This document shows, in pieces, positions 1 to 10,047 of a stretch of DNA of 64,000 nt. The stretch's first letter is position 1, and each line of letters begins with the position of its first letter. The stretch lies in contig CM060732.1 of the NCBI GenBank assembly GCA_030704615.1, forward strand, positions 64,480,001 to 64,544,000, given 5' to 3'. The notes beneath the pieces are model-generated. The model had not been told where the DNA came from. It did no database searches and saw nothing but the letters and a program-made list of their open reading frames with translations. The DNA comes from Takakia lepidozioides. Lineage: Eukaryota; Plantae; Bryophyta. A program made the position numbers and the translations under genes.

Positions 1-494
1 CGAGTAATGGAGACGTAGTCAGGTGACCAATACATCCTCCACTCCTCAATCTCTGCTTCATGTCCTCGCCTGAACTCGTGGTAATCGTCCATAGGCGGGC
101 CTTCCAAATGCTGGAACAGTCCCTTCCACGCCATGAATGGGGTGAATAGCTGTGGATTGCGCATCTGCGGCAAATCACACCAGCTGTCGAACTCCTGGAT
201 AAAGTCATCCAACTCGATTGTGCCCACAGCTCCAGAGTACCTACGAGGCCCCTTGGTAGCTCCATACATCTCCTCCATGTCGTCCCACAACAATGACGAA
301 TGAAAGTGCACACCTGTTGATGAAGCCTCCGAGTCTGTGTCTGACTCTACAGTAATTGAGGGTGGCGGTGAAGGTGGTCTGAACCGAATACCTCGTCTTG
401 TGAACCCACTCTCACTGTTACTGCCTGTAGCCGTACTCCCCTCAAAACCCTTGGGTAACTCCGTAATGACACTCACAATGTGCACCTCCTCCAT
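1..494 (-). CDS. Retrotransposon Gag-like protein, N-terminal part (runs off the window start)
   Basis: Open frame from ATG at 494 to the edge: MEEVHIVS...GPRRYSGAVGTIELDDFIQEFDSWCD...AWKGLFQHLEGPPMDDY. This resembles the '(F/Y)SG...lddFi..Fe' start of Ty3/gypsy-type capsids. Not in the ORF track because it has no stop in the window. Confidence 0.6.
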   Translation of the reverse strand, partial: MEEVHIVSVITELPKGFEGSTATGSNSESGFTRRGIRFRPPSPPPSITVESDTDSEASSTGVHFHSSLLWDDMEEMYGATKGPRRYSGAVGTIELDDFIQEFDSWCDLPQMRNPQLFTPFMAWKGLFQHLEGPPMDDYHEFRRGHEAEIEEWRMYWSPDYVSIT

Positions 495-1014
495 GTGACA
501 CTATAAGGCTCTAGTACTAAGCTAATAGTGACACGGGTGGGCACCTGTTGCAGTTTAAGGGTCATATCCTAGTGGCTCAGGGCACCTGCACCTGCATCCA
601 CCGCAAGAACTCCTATGGTTGGCTGGTCATCAACCCAGCCTCACCATAGAAGAAACACTGGTGGTCTTGCTGGTCATCACTCCAGCCTCACCACCGACAG
701 CATACTCTAGGATTGACCGGTGATCAAATCCGGCCTAATCCCTATGAAAGCAAGCGCCCACACAAAACCAACATGGCGCACAGTCAAGCATGCAGGTGTT
801 GGGGGGGGATCCAAACACAAGAAATCAAAACATCAACACCCCCACACCAAAATCCAGCTGCAATGCTGATCCTGCAGAATAGCCCAGCCCAAAACCCCGG
901 ACTGACTGGCCTCCACCAAGAGAGGCTTTGGCAACTACAAGTACAAGGTAATGAAAATAGTACAGAGATGGAGGGAAAGAATAGAAGCCCGACCAAGCAA
1001 GATCTAATCCTGAT

Positions 1015-1776
1015 CTATGCTATCAACTGCCAGACTTCTCTCAAAGTGCCTCGCTCTGCATGATGGTAAAGTGTAGGAGGTATATCTATGTCCAGAAACC
1101 TGCCACTAACCTTGTCCCAAGCTACAGTAGCTCGCTCTAACCAACCCTCCTCCTCTTTCTGCCAGGTAGAGACAAAGCAATACTCCCCTATCTCCCGCTC
1201 ACTGAACACTAAGGAAAACAAAGGTAGGGTCTGATAGTCTCTCAACTCGAAAGCTTTGAGACGGTTGCGGGTGTCCTCATTGCGAATGACTGCATCTCCT
1301 TCACGTACAACAAACATGTCATTGCTAATGAACCCCCGCTCGTGGTTGCCCTGTGCAGAGCGTATCCGGCTGCAACCATGTCTGATTGCACAAACTAGTG
1401 TAGCTCCTGCTCCTCTGTTCCAGTACACCACGGCCTTATGGCTGAACACCTTGGTCCCCGGGGCTGTCTTTGGCTGTGTTCCAAGCCTAGCTTTCACCCA
1501 CTTTGGTATTTCACCTACAGCTGCAGAACTGCTGGCTCCAACAGAATTCTGACTGTCCAAGGCGATATTGAGGCCCTCAATGCCAACTACAGCAGTCTGT
1601 TGTCTACTGCTAATGCCTGACTCCCAGTATGCAATCAACTCGTCCAACTGTTCTCCACTCAAATCAGTCTGAGTTCCTTGGGAAACATAAATCCTGTCCC
1701 CTTGTGTGCACAGGCTAAGAGAAGAGACCTGCCCTTCAATTACGTCCTCATTTCCCCAGCCATACAAGGAGTACAT
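1015..1776 (-). CDS. Unknown 253-aa ORF upstream of and co-oriented with gag; probable accessory ORF of the retroelement
   Basis: Uninterrupted, intronless ORF with protein-like composition; no family recognised. Confidence 0.4.
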   Translation of the reverse strand: MYSLYGWGNEDVIEGQVSSLSLCTQGDRIYVSQGTQTDLSGEQLDELIAYWESGISSRQQTAVVGIEGLNIALDSQNSVGASSSAAVGEIPKWVKARLGTQPKTAPGTKVFSHKAVVYWNRGAGATLVCAIRHGCSRIRSAQGNHERGFISNDMFVVREGDAVIRNEDTRNRLKAFELRDYQTLPLFSLVFSEREIGEYCFVSTWQKEEEGWLERATVAWDKVSGRFLDIDIPPTLYHHAERGTLREVWQLIA

Positions 1777-2306
1777 CCCCAGATTTATCTCTCATGTAGA
1801 CCAGAACAGGTTCTAGAAACAGGATTGTGGATCTTTCATGGCACACTCACACTCACAAAATTCCATAGATTTCTAGCAGAGTCCCAAAAACAAAAACCAG
1901 ATCTAAATAGGTAGATATCCCCTTTCTGCAGCTATCCCCCCAAAAACTGGGTCAAACAGAGTCCATTTGACAAAGATATGACCAATTTGGCTTTAAATCA
2001 TTTAAATTAGATCAAAATGCCTTTTTTTTAATTTTTTTTTATAAGGTTTTCAAATTTAAAAATTTAAAGTTACACCCAAACTATCTGGTAACTGGTTCCC
2101 GGTTCCCTACGTTCTATATGGTTTCCTAGGTTCCCTGGCCACGTGCCCTATAATTCACACCTTGCTCCAGTCTTCTACATACCGAGAGTGAGAGAGAGAG
2201 AGGGAGGGAACTGTGGCACTCAGTAGTGTCTTGCTGTGAGAGAGAGTGGTGTCAACATTCCGTGATTGCTTGTAGGCTTGCGCACCAAGAGAGGGGGAAG
2301 AAAGAC

Positions 2307-2620
2307 ATGTTTATGGACGCCATGTACAGGCGAGGGGTCACTCACAGTCTGTTCGAGGCCTTGGTGGCTAACGATAAACTCACTGAGGAGGATTACCAGC
2401 GGGAAGCACTGGACTTTGTGCTGGAGCTTGCGGGTCCCCGACCCATTCCAGTTACGGGGGAGAAAGCCCTCGGCACTGATGCGTTTGTCTATGTCGATGA
2501 GCTGCCGGTTCCTGCGTTTGCTGTTGATTGTAACATGCGATGTGTGTTGTGGAACAAGCGCGCTGCTGATCTCAGTGGCTGGCTTGAGTCTGATGTTGCC
2601 ACCATCTCTTTTTTAGATTC
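2307..2620 (+). pseudogene. PAS-domain-like coding fragment
   Basis: VDELPVPAFAVDCNMRCVLWNKRAADLSGW matches the PAS pattern 'le.lP.pi.avD..gri..wN.aa..l.G'. Similarity is lost after about 2620. Confidence 0.6.
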
Positions 2621-2994
2621 AGCATCAAATTCTAGTTGGTCTCCTTTTTCTGAAAGTCTTTCGTCATTGCACCCTCTCTGTCTCGCAGGAAGATTACACG
2701 GCATTGTCCGCCCTTTCTCTCTTGACACGGCCTGCAGCCTCGTATTCTCCTTGCGGTCTTCACCTTTACTTTTGCTTCCCCTAATATTAGTCAAATGGTA
2801 CGGACACCCCTTTGGTCTCCGATTCCGCAGCTTTCTCCTCTCCTCCAGCTTTAGCTTCGCAGCCTGTCGCAGGGTTGTCTTCTCTTGATCCGTCAATGTC
2901 TTTCTCTAACTTGCTTCGGTCGGAAATAGCATCGTCCTCATTAGGTGAATCTTCCGATGGTCTGTCAGCCTTGCAACCAGGCTCGACAAGTCTT

Positions 2995-3240
2995 GCCGTG
3001 CAGAGGATGGCTCACCCTGACGGTGAGCTGGCCACTGCAAGAGCAGTATCTGCTGCTGGCACAGTCATGACCCTGTCATCCTGGGCAACCAACAGTGTTG
3101 AAGAGGTTGCATCAGTAGGTCCTGGCATCCGCTTCTTCCAGCTTTACGTATACAAGGGCAGAAATGTGGTTGCACAATTGGTACGCCGAGCAGAGCGTGC
3201 AGGTTTTAAGGCCATTGCCCTCACTGTGGACACCCCTCGT
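2995..3240 (+). pseudogene. GOX: Intronless fragment of glycolate oxidase ((S)-2-hydroxy-acid oxidase)
   Basis: [80 protein letters not shown] is near-identical to plant GOX; truncated at both ends. Confidence 0.92.
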
Positions 3241-3782
3241 ACTCGAATGTCATAGGGCAGAATGCCATTCAGGGATGTATGCGAGAATTGTAACTGGTCA
3301 AAGCAATATGGAGTCACAAAATGAGCCACCTGACCCCAGGCATGAACACCAGCATCTGTGCGGCCTGCAGCGCAAAGAAGCAGCTGATCACGTGTGCATC
3401 TGGTCACCTTGGCCAGTGCATCCTCTACCAAGTACTGCACTGTCACACCGTTTGCCCTTGACTACAGTCGCCACCCTGAGTAATTGGTGCCATCATAGGA
3501 GATAACCAACCTCCATTTCCATGTGGGTTTGCTCTCCACGCCGACTTCAGTTTGAGTGAGCTCAACGCCACTGTGAGGAGTCTCGAAGGTTAAAAGCCCG
3601 TTGTCTGGCTTCGCACTCTTAGCACGATTCATCTGACCACTGCGACAGCTATAGGGAGTTCTAAGTTCCTTGTAAATCCAACCCCCATCGTTGTGCCTTA
3701 TCACGATGGGCCCGTTCTTGTAGGGACAAATGGAACTCTTAATATTTATACCATCTACTACGGTACTTTCACTGCTGCCCAA
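3236..3782 (-). pseudogene. truA: Intronless 5' fragment of tRNA pseudouridine synthase A (TruA family)
   Basis: KWRLVISYDGTNYSGWRL*...TVQYLVEDAL...AAGRTDAGVHAWGQVAHF...[12 protein letters not shown]. One in-frame TAG at 3462-3464; truncated by the GOX junction. Confidence 0.9.
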
Positions 3783-5196
3783 CTAGTACCCCTTATGCAC
3801 AGCCCACATAATCCTTCTCCCCCAACAAGCCCACTGGCCTGCTCAACACAAAGCCCAGCGAAGGCCCTCAACAAGAAGACCCCCGGCGCCACTGACACCA
3901 CGCCCCCGCAGCCTCTCCATACGCCTGGGCCAGTTACCGGATCACCACACGCACCTCGCCAGTAGCTTCACTGGCGCGACTCCTCAAGCTTCTCCAACAT
4001 GCTGCGATTCTGGATGGGCTACTCTTTGTTTGAGCAGCATGCTGTGGACGCCGAGCTACCACTCATTGAAGAAGAACGCTCCGGATTCGAACTGCAAAGC
4101 ATTGGCCTCTGGCGACCATCTCTACTATAATAGTGCTTAAAAACAAAAACATTGTATCTAGCTTAGCACTGGAAAACTAGATAGAGTCATCTCTCTCGAG
4201 TGATAGAAAACCCAAGAACACACTGTTGACACAAAACATGAAAACCAAACCATCACTCTTAGAAATAGTAGTCGAGCCAGGGGCACCCCAAGCTATGGGG
4301 ACTCCACCCCACAACAACCTACACTCCCATCATGAATACACTCAGATCTAAACGCATGCAGGAGCTCGGTCGCGCAAGCTCAACTCGAGAGAGATGAGCC
4401 GCGCGACTGCCGCTCTCGTGAAGATAAGACGGGTCAGGTGTCAAACTAAACTTGACACCTGATTTAACACTTGACCTAAATCCAAGTGTTAAATACAAAT
4501 AACTAGCTTTATTCTAGCTAGTTTCACACTGTGCTTATTTAACTTGACAAAAAAACTAAAGTAGATTTCCCCTTTCTGCAGCTATCCCCCCAAAAACTGC
4601 GTCAAACGGAGCTCATTTGACAAAGATATGACCAACCAGGCTCTTTAAACATAACACCCTTTAAAAAAAAGTAAACAAATACAAGGGAAAATCTATTTTC
4701 AATAACTTGTCTTGGTTCCCTGTTCTCTGGTTCCCTAAGAATTCCCTGGACTCATGCCTGGCTGATCTTAGATTCTTAACTCAATCGCTCCACAGTGGAA
4801 TTACCATGATAAAGGTAATGTCTTCTCATCCATCCAGTCATGAGTAGAGGGGACTTAGCGTTTTTTTGTCTCCCCTGCCATCTGTTTGTTTTCTTTGTGT
4901 CGAGTTTGATCGTGAGAGACGACAATCAGGACGGAGCTGTGTTTGCTTTCTTTTAGTGTCGAGTCTGATCATGAGAGACATCAACCATGTTCGTGAAGGA
5001 AAACAGGCTGGGAATTAAGCTGACGTCATTACCGCGGAAACACTACAAATCGTAACCCAAAACCCTAACCCTAACCCTTAGCGAACTGCCATGTTCGTGG
5101 AGGGAAACAGGTTGGGAATTAAGCGGGCGTTAGGCACATGAGAATTCAAAATAATATATATATATTGAATTCCCCTGCCTCCTCGGGCATTTGGGT

Positions 5197-5433
5197 AGAT
5201 GTCGTCGATGATCGTCGTGAATTCATGATCATGAAGAAATTGAGTGCATTGACACACTCAGTTCTGCGTTTTGGGGGGGTGGGGGGGGGGACAAAACGAA
5301 TGTCCCCCCCCCCCCCCCCTGCCCGAGAACTGAGTGCGTCAACGCACTCAATTTCTTCATGATCTTTTTCAAGATGATCATCGACGACAGTGTTGTGCGG
5401 GTCCGGATTTTCACCCCGGATACCCGGTGGGTT

Positions 5434-5466
<33 letters not shown>

Positions 5467-5640
5467 GGTGGTTGGAAAAAAGAAAAAAAACCTCTGGCCC
5501 CCCCCTCCCCGGGCTGAGAACTTAGTGCATCAACACACTCAATTTTTTCATGATCATGATTTCAGGATGATCATTGACAACATCGACGACAGTGTTGTGC
5601 GGGTCCGGATTATCATCCCAGGTACCTGGCGGGTTAGGGT
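5197..5640. repeat. Fold-back repeat with poly-G/poly-C tracts plus an internal direct duplication
   Basis: About 5200-5268 is inverted relative to about 5326-5390 (ATCATGAAGAAATTGAGTGC.TTGAC.CACTCAGTTCT) around G and C runs. About 5326-5412 recurs at about 5517-5612. Three AACCCT units lie at 5061-5078. Confidence 0.7.
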
Positions 5641-6250
5641 AAGTGTTTTTTTTATTGGAGATTTTTCGCCATTTGGCCGCCTGAAAATCCCCTTGGCAAA
5701 TGAAACAAAGGGAAAAAAATTGCCAAATAAGGCAGTTTTCACCAAAAACTGGGGGTCTCAGAAAGGTCCTCGTCTGTGGATCCACGGTGGTAGCACAGAT
5801 GTAGCCATGGCGGGCCCCATGCAGGATGATCTGACGGGCCAGATGAGGAGTGGGCTTAGGATTGTGGGGCCTCTTCCGTTTCCCAATGAGATGCTCGTCG
5901 CCAGTCTTGCGAGAACTATACACCTCATTTGTACCAAATAGCCTATGGTTTTCACATAGAAAGAGTTCCATTCGTCCTATGGCTTTCAACTATTTCTGTA
6001 CTTCACCTTCTATTGCTTATCAACATCCATTTGATTCACAAAATATGGCAAGGGTGGAAATACATGTAGCCTACCAATTCGACCGGGTTACCTATCCGGA
6101 TCCGGACCCGTGCCATCACCAGAAACTCGAACCCTGACCTGGGTTCATTTTAAAACCGGACCCGGACCCGCGAGCTAGGTCCAGAACCCGTTAAACCCGC
6201 TACTCGCGAGCCAGAGTTGGTATAGCCATCTTCCCTAGTTCACTAGTTGA

Positions 6251-6320
6251 CTTTCTAGAGAGTTCTATTTTCTAGAGAGTTCTACTTTCTATAGAGTTCT
6301 ACTTTCTAGATAGTTCTACT
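6251..6320. repeat. 17-bp tandem repeat, about 4 copies
   Basis: CTTTCTAGAGAGTTCTA units. Confidence 0.85.
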
Positions 6321-6974
6321 ATTGTCAGTGGGTTGAAAAGCAACTCACTAGTGGGTGTGGCTGCTGCAGGAGTATACTTATAGGAACAATGACCAGAGAA
6401 TGGTGGGGCTTGGTGAGAGTGGGCCAGGTGGGATCACAGCTTGGGGCTCGTCTTCAAGATGGAGTGCTTGGGGCTGGTGGAGGGTGGGACCAACTGCGTG
6501 AAGTGCTTGGGGTGGGAGTGCTTGGGGTTGACGAAGTAGGGCTGGGGGATTTGGGTCGATCGTCGTGCTTCTAAAGGGGACTCAATATGTCGTGTTTGCC
6601 GTATATTGCTGTGTTTGTCGTGTTTGGAGGTTTTGCCGTGTTCATTTCTTGGACAGAGACATAAAACATCTCAAAAAAAAATTCATTCGTGGCGCATCAT
6701 TGTTTTTAGTGGTTCTAGCTAACTGCAACCCATGAACATAAACAACAACTTTTGCGACCCCCAAATTATCATAGGTTGGAATCCACATTGGGTTTAGCAA
6801 AATGAGCACTTTGAGGTGAAATTGAATGAAAATGAAGAAACAAAATATTGTTGAAAAAAAAAAAGTATGACGCTCCCAAAGGAAGCGTAACTTATGGAGT
6901 CACTTAACTTATGGAGTCACTTCACCCCGAAGGACTACTGCCTTCCGCTACGAAGGTGGACACCTTCATGACAC

Positions 6975-7045
6975 ACCAAACCGTGGTTTGAACCCACAAC
7001 CACATCCAACGTGGTATGTGGCCATTACCACTGGGCTACATGCTG
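6975..7045 (-). other. tRNA-like Pol III promoter remnant (SINE head or tRNA pseudogene)
   Basis: Minus strand shows A-box TAGCCCAGTGG and B-box GGTTCAAACC at tRNA-like spacing; no intact cloverleaf. Confidence 0.4.
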
Positions 7046-9120
7046 CTTGTCAATGTTGTTGAATAGGATGTTTGTGAGGCCTACTTTGGTAGGAATATGT
7101 TTGGGATGGTAATCATGTTTACTTGCATGGAACAATGTGATTAACCAACGATGGAAAAATAATTTTAACAAACAATGTTATCCTAAGTTTCTACATATTT
7201 TCAACCTTAAATTTGCAATGTACTCATTTTGCACAATAATAAAAACACTAATTTGCAAAATTTTAGATAATTTGAAGTGTTTTGCATATTTGTTATTTTC
7301 TCATGTGATTACAAAATGATGGTAGAAATTGCATTCATCATGTTCTTGTATATGACCATGTGGTGTTAGAACTATTGTACTTATGGCCCCCGTGCATACA
7401 CTGAATGACTACTTGCACTTATACAATGTTTATTGAGATTGTGCACAATTGGGTAATTGAGACATGCACAATATGTACAACCCCCCAAAAAATGGTTGGA
7501 TCTTGAATCCAAAAATGAATTTGACAAAACTTAAAAGTGGATAGATTGTGCAATCTAAAATTTCATTCAGGCAACTTCAATATGCCACGTGGCACAAAAT
7601 TAGGACCTATAGTTTCTGACGATTGACGTCATACAACACCATGATCATATTAGGAGGCTCACAAATTAATAGCAACCCCCAATTCTTCAATGGATCTACT
7701 TTCTTTGCTTTGTTGAGCAGAGACGTTCAAAGCAAAACAAGAAAGAAAAGATAGGTAGCATGTTTGTGTGTAGAGGGCTATCATTGGGTTGAGTTCCTAA
7801 CTTGAAGCCTTACTAGTGTGAACGGGAGTGATACCGTCCATACAACATGGAGGGTAAGGTTGGGGGTTTCTCCCATATAAGCTCTATGTTGGGATGGTTC
7901 ATGCTCTCTTTGAGCTGGTATTGTTTCGACTATCTTTTATGTTTGTGTTTGTGTTTGCTTTTGTGTTTGTCAGCACGGGGCAGTCTAATCATGCCTTCTT
8001 TTTGTTGCTTATACCATGTTCTTGCACAACAATGCCTTCAATTTCAACCAATTGGAATCCAAATAAGCTGGTAGTATGTCCTTGAATGGACATTTTGAGC
8101 AATGCGCACATGTAATAATGACCCACTACCATGAAAATATTTTTCATGCATTAGCAAATGCAATTGCAGAAGACATTGAAAGTTTCAAGTTTTAAAAAAA
8201 AAATCAAGAATGAAATATATATGAATCATCAAAGATCAATGATTGCTCAATAAAAACCACACTTGAGCCTTCATGACTCACCTCCCCACCACATTAACAA
8301 TAATTTTCTTCTTCCATTTATTGGTCTTTAGGGTGATGAACCCAATCTGGATTTTTCTTCATATTGAAAGCAACTATTTTGCACCTAACTTGGACATTGT
8401 TGAAGCTTACTTTGGCAACTAACGCGATGGTGTTCATTGAAGGAGAGTTGTTGCCACTTCCAGGAACAAATATAGGTGTCCAAATTATCATTTTAGCGCC
8501 ACTACGTTACTATGTCATTCCAGATTTTTGATTCGATGCTTAGTTCTTAGATTCATTTTATACCATTATAAATCCAATGGAAATCATTCTACTAACTGAT
8601 GGTACTTACTGTATGTATGGGCGGCGCCCCAAACCTTTTTTTTTTGGGTGCATTCCATATTCATCATGCTGTATTTTTTAGAATTATTAAATAATGGATC
8701 ATATAAAAATTCAATATATTGGAGATAAACTTTTCTTATTAACTAGATTACGTGAGTGTAGTGTCTAGAGACAAGTGGGAGAATCTATTTGATTATGTTT
8801 GACTATTGGAAATATTAGGGAGAATTGCACCTTATTTAACATTATGTAATTGCAAATTAAAGTCACAAAATCTAAATGCAATGGTCTTTGGTGCGAATTA
8901 GTAAAGGATAAATCAACATTATTATGGATTTCATGCACCATTTTCTTTAGTGTAAAAATTGTTCATTGATGTGATGATCTTCAAGTAAAATGCGAATCTC
9001 AAAAACCATAAATATGATTTTAAAGAAAATTATAAATGAAATGATGTATGATTATTATATTATTAGTCAATTATACCTCCCATAAACACAATGTTGCTAC
9101 ATCACTATAGATTAAATCTC

Positions 9121-10047
9121 TTAAAATGGGTCTACAGTTGTTACAAGTTGGAGGCATGACAAATTACTGATTGTTTTATGATTATACAATAAATTCTCAA
9201 CACTCTTACGAATTCCATCGCACATGGCATTTAGTGGTAGAATGGAAAATGGTTCTTCAATTTGAATGCCTACCTCATCTATGCAAAAAAGTGCTGCAGC
9301 ACTCAAAAATATTGTAGGCACAACAAGCCAATGACATGAATCCCATAAAGCCAACGGCAATACAATATGCCATATGACAATGAATTGGGAAGTCAAGTGC
9401 GTGTAAGATAAAGGGATGGGAGTCTTGAATAAACGCTCACATGTCCCCACATTGTCATGGAATTGGGTGATGTTTTGAGAAACAAAACATTTTGTAATTT
9501 CAGGCATGTTGGATTTGGCCAACATCTCCGATAATACTTGCAACACAAAATTAGGACGGTGGGTCGACTCCAATACAACTTCCACATCTTCGTCTTCTAG
9601 AATAGTTATCAATTCTTTACGCAAAAGATTGTCTCCCTCAAGGTGTTCCTTCATACAATATGCCAATGCCTTCACATATTGTAAAAAACTACGGAGTATC
9701 AATGCATCTGCAGGATTATGCATCCATGTCAAAACTTGTCGAGAGATATCGCGCGAACGGTTCAATTGCAGACCCCAAGCCTTTCGAGCTTCGTCAAACC
9801 TTGTGTAGCAGGCGGTAGTGCGGAAACTCAACAATACAATCAAAGCAGCTGCTGAAAAGGCCAATGGCCCCGATGAAACACGTAGAGGCAAGAGGCCCCA
9901 TGCTAAGTGTTGGTTGCTTGTAACTAATGCGTTGTACCCGGCCAATAATGCAGCATAACAAGTGAGGCAAATAACAACTGGCCACAAAGGAAAGCCTACA
10001 ATACGGATCAAGTGTCGCGCATGTCGCGTGTTATTACGATGCAAAGC
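9121..10047 (-). CDS. Bestrophin-family (UPF0187/VCCN-like) anion channel; main exon only, 5' end not located
   Basis: HRNNTRHARHL, LLSFRTTACYTRFDEARKAWG, CERLFKTPIPLSYTHLTS, IDEVGIQIEEPFSILPL. The frame is preceded by a candidate acceptor (cctaacag) and an upstream stop; no in-frame ATG. Confidence 0.85.
   Translation of the reverse strand, partial: ALHRNNTRHARHLIRIVGFPLWPVVICLTCYAALLAGYNALVTSNQHLAWGLLPLRVSSGPLAFSAAALIVLLSFRTTACYTRFDEARKAWGLQLNRSRDISRQVLTWMHNPADALILRSFLQYVKALAYCMKEHLEGDNLLRKELITILEDEDVEVVLESTHRPNFVLQVLSEMLAKSNMPEITKCFVSQNITQFHDNVGTCERLFKTPIPLSYTHLTSQFIVIWHIVLPLALWDSCHWLVVPTIFLSAAALFCIDEVGIQIEEPFSILPLNAMCDGIRKSVENLLYNHKTISNLSCLQLVTTVDPF

Larger units (their letters stand above)
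1915..4750. repeat. Imperfect direct repeat pair (about 1915-2150 and 4562-4750) bracketing captured gene fragments
   Basis: CCCTTTTCTGCAGCTATCCCCCCAAAAACTG(G/C)GTCAAAC..ATTTGACAAAGATATGACCAA occurs at about 1920 and 4570, each followed by GGTTCCCT motifs. Confidence 0.75.

Noticed and set aside
4107-4560. PBS and 5' LTR of the gag-bearing element (TGGTCGCCAGAG on the minus strand)
   Set aside because: No TG...CA boundary, no second LTR in the window and no tRNA match I can verify.
5061-5078. Telomere or interstitial telomeric array
   Set aside because: Only three AACCCT units; common in plant repeats.
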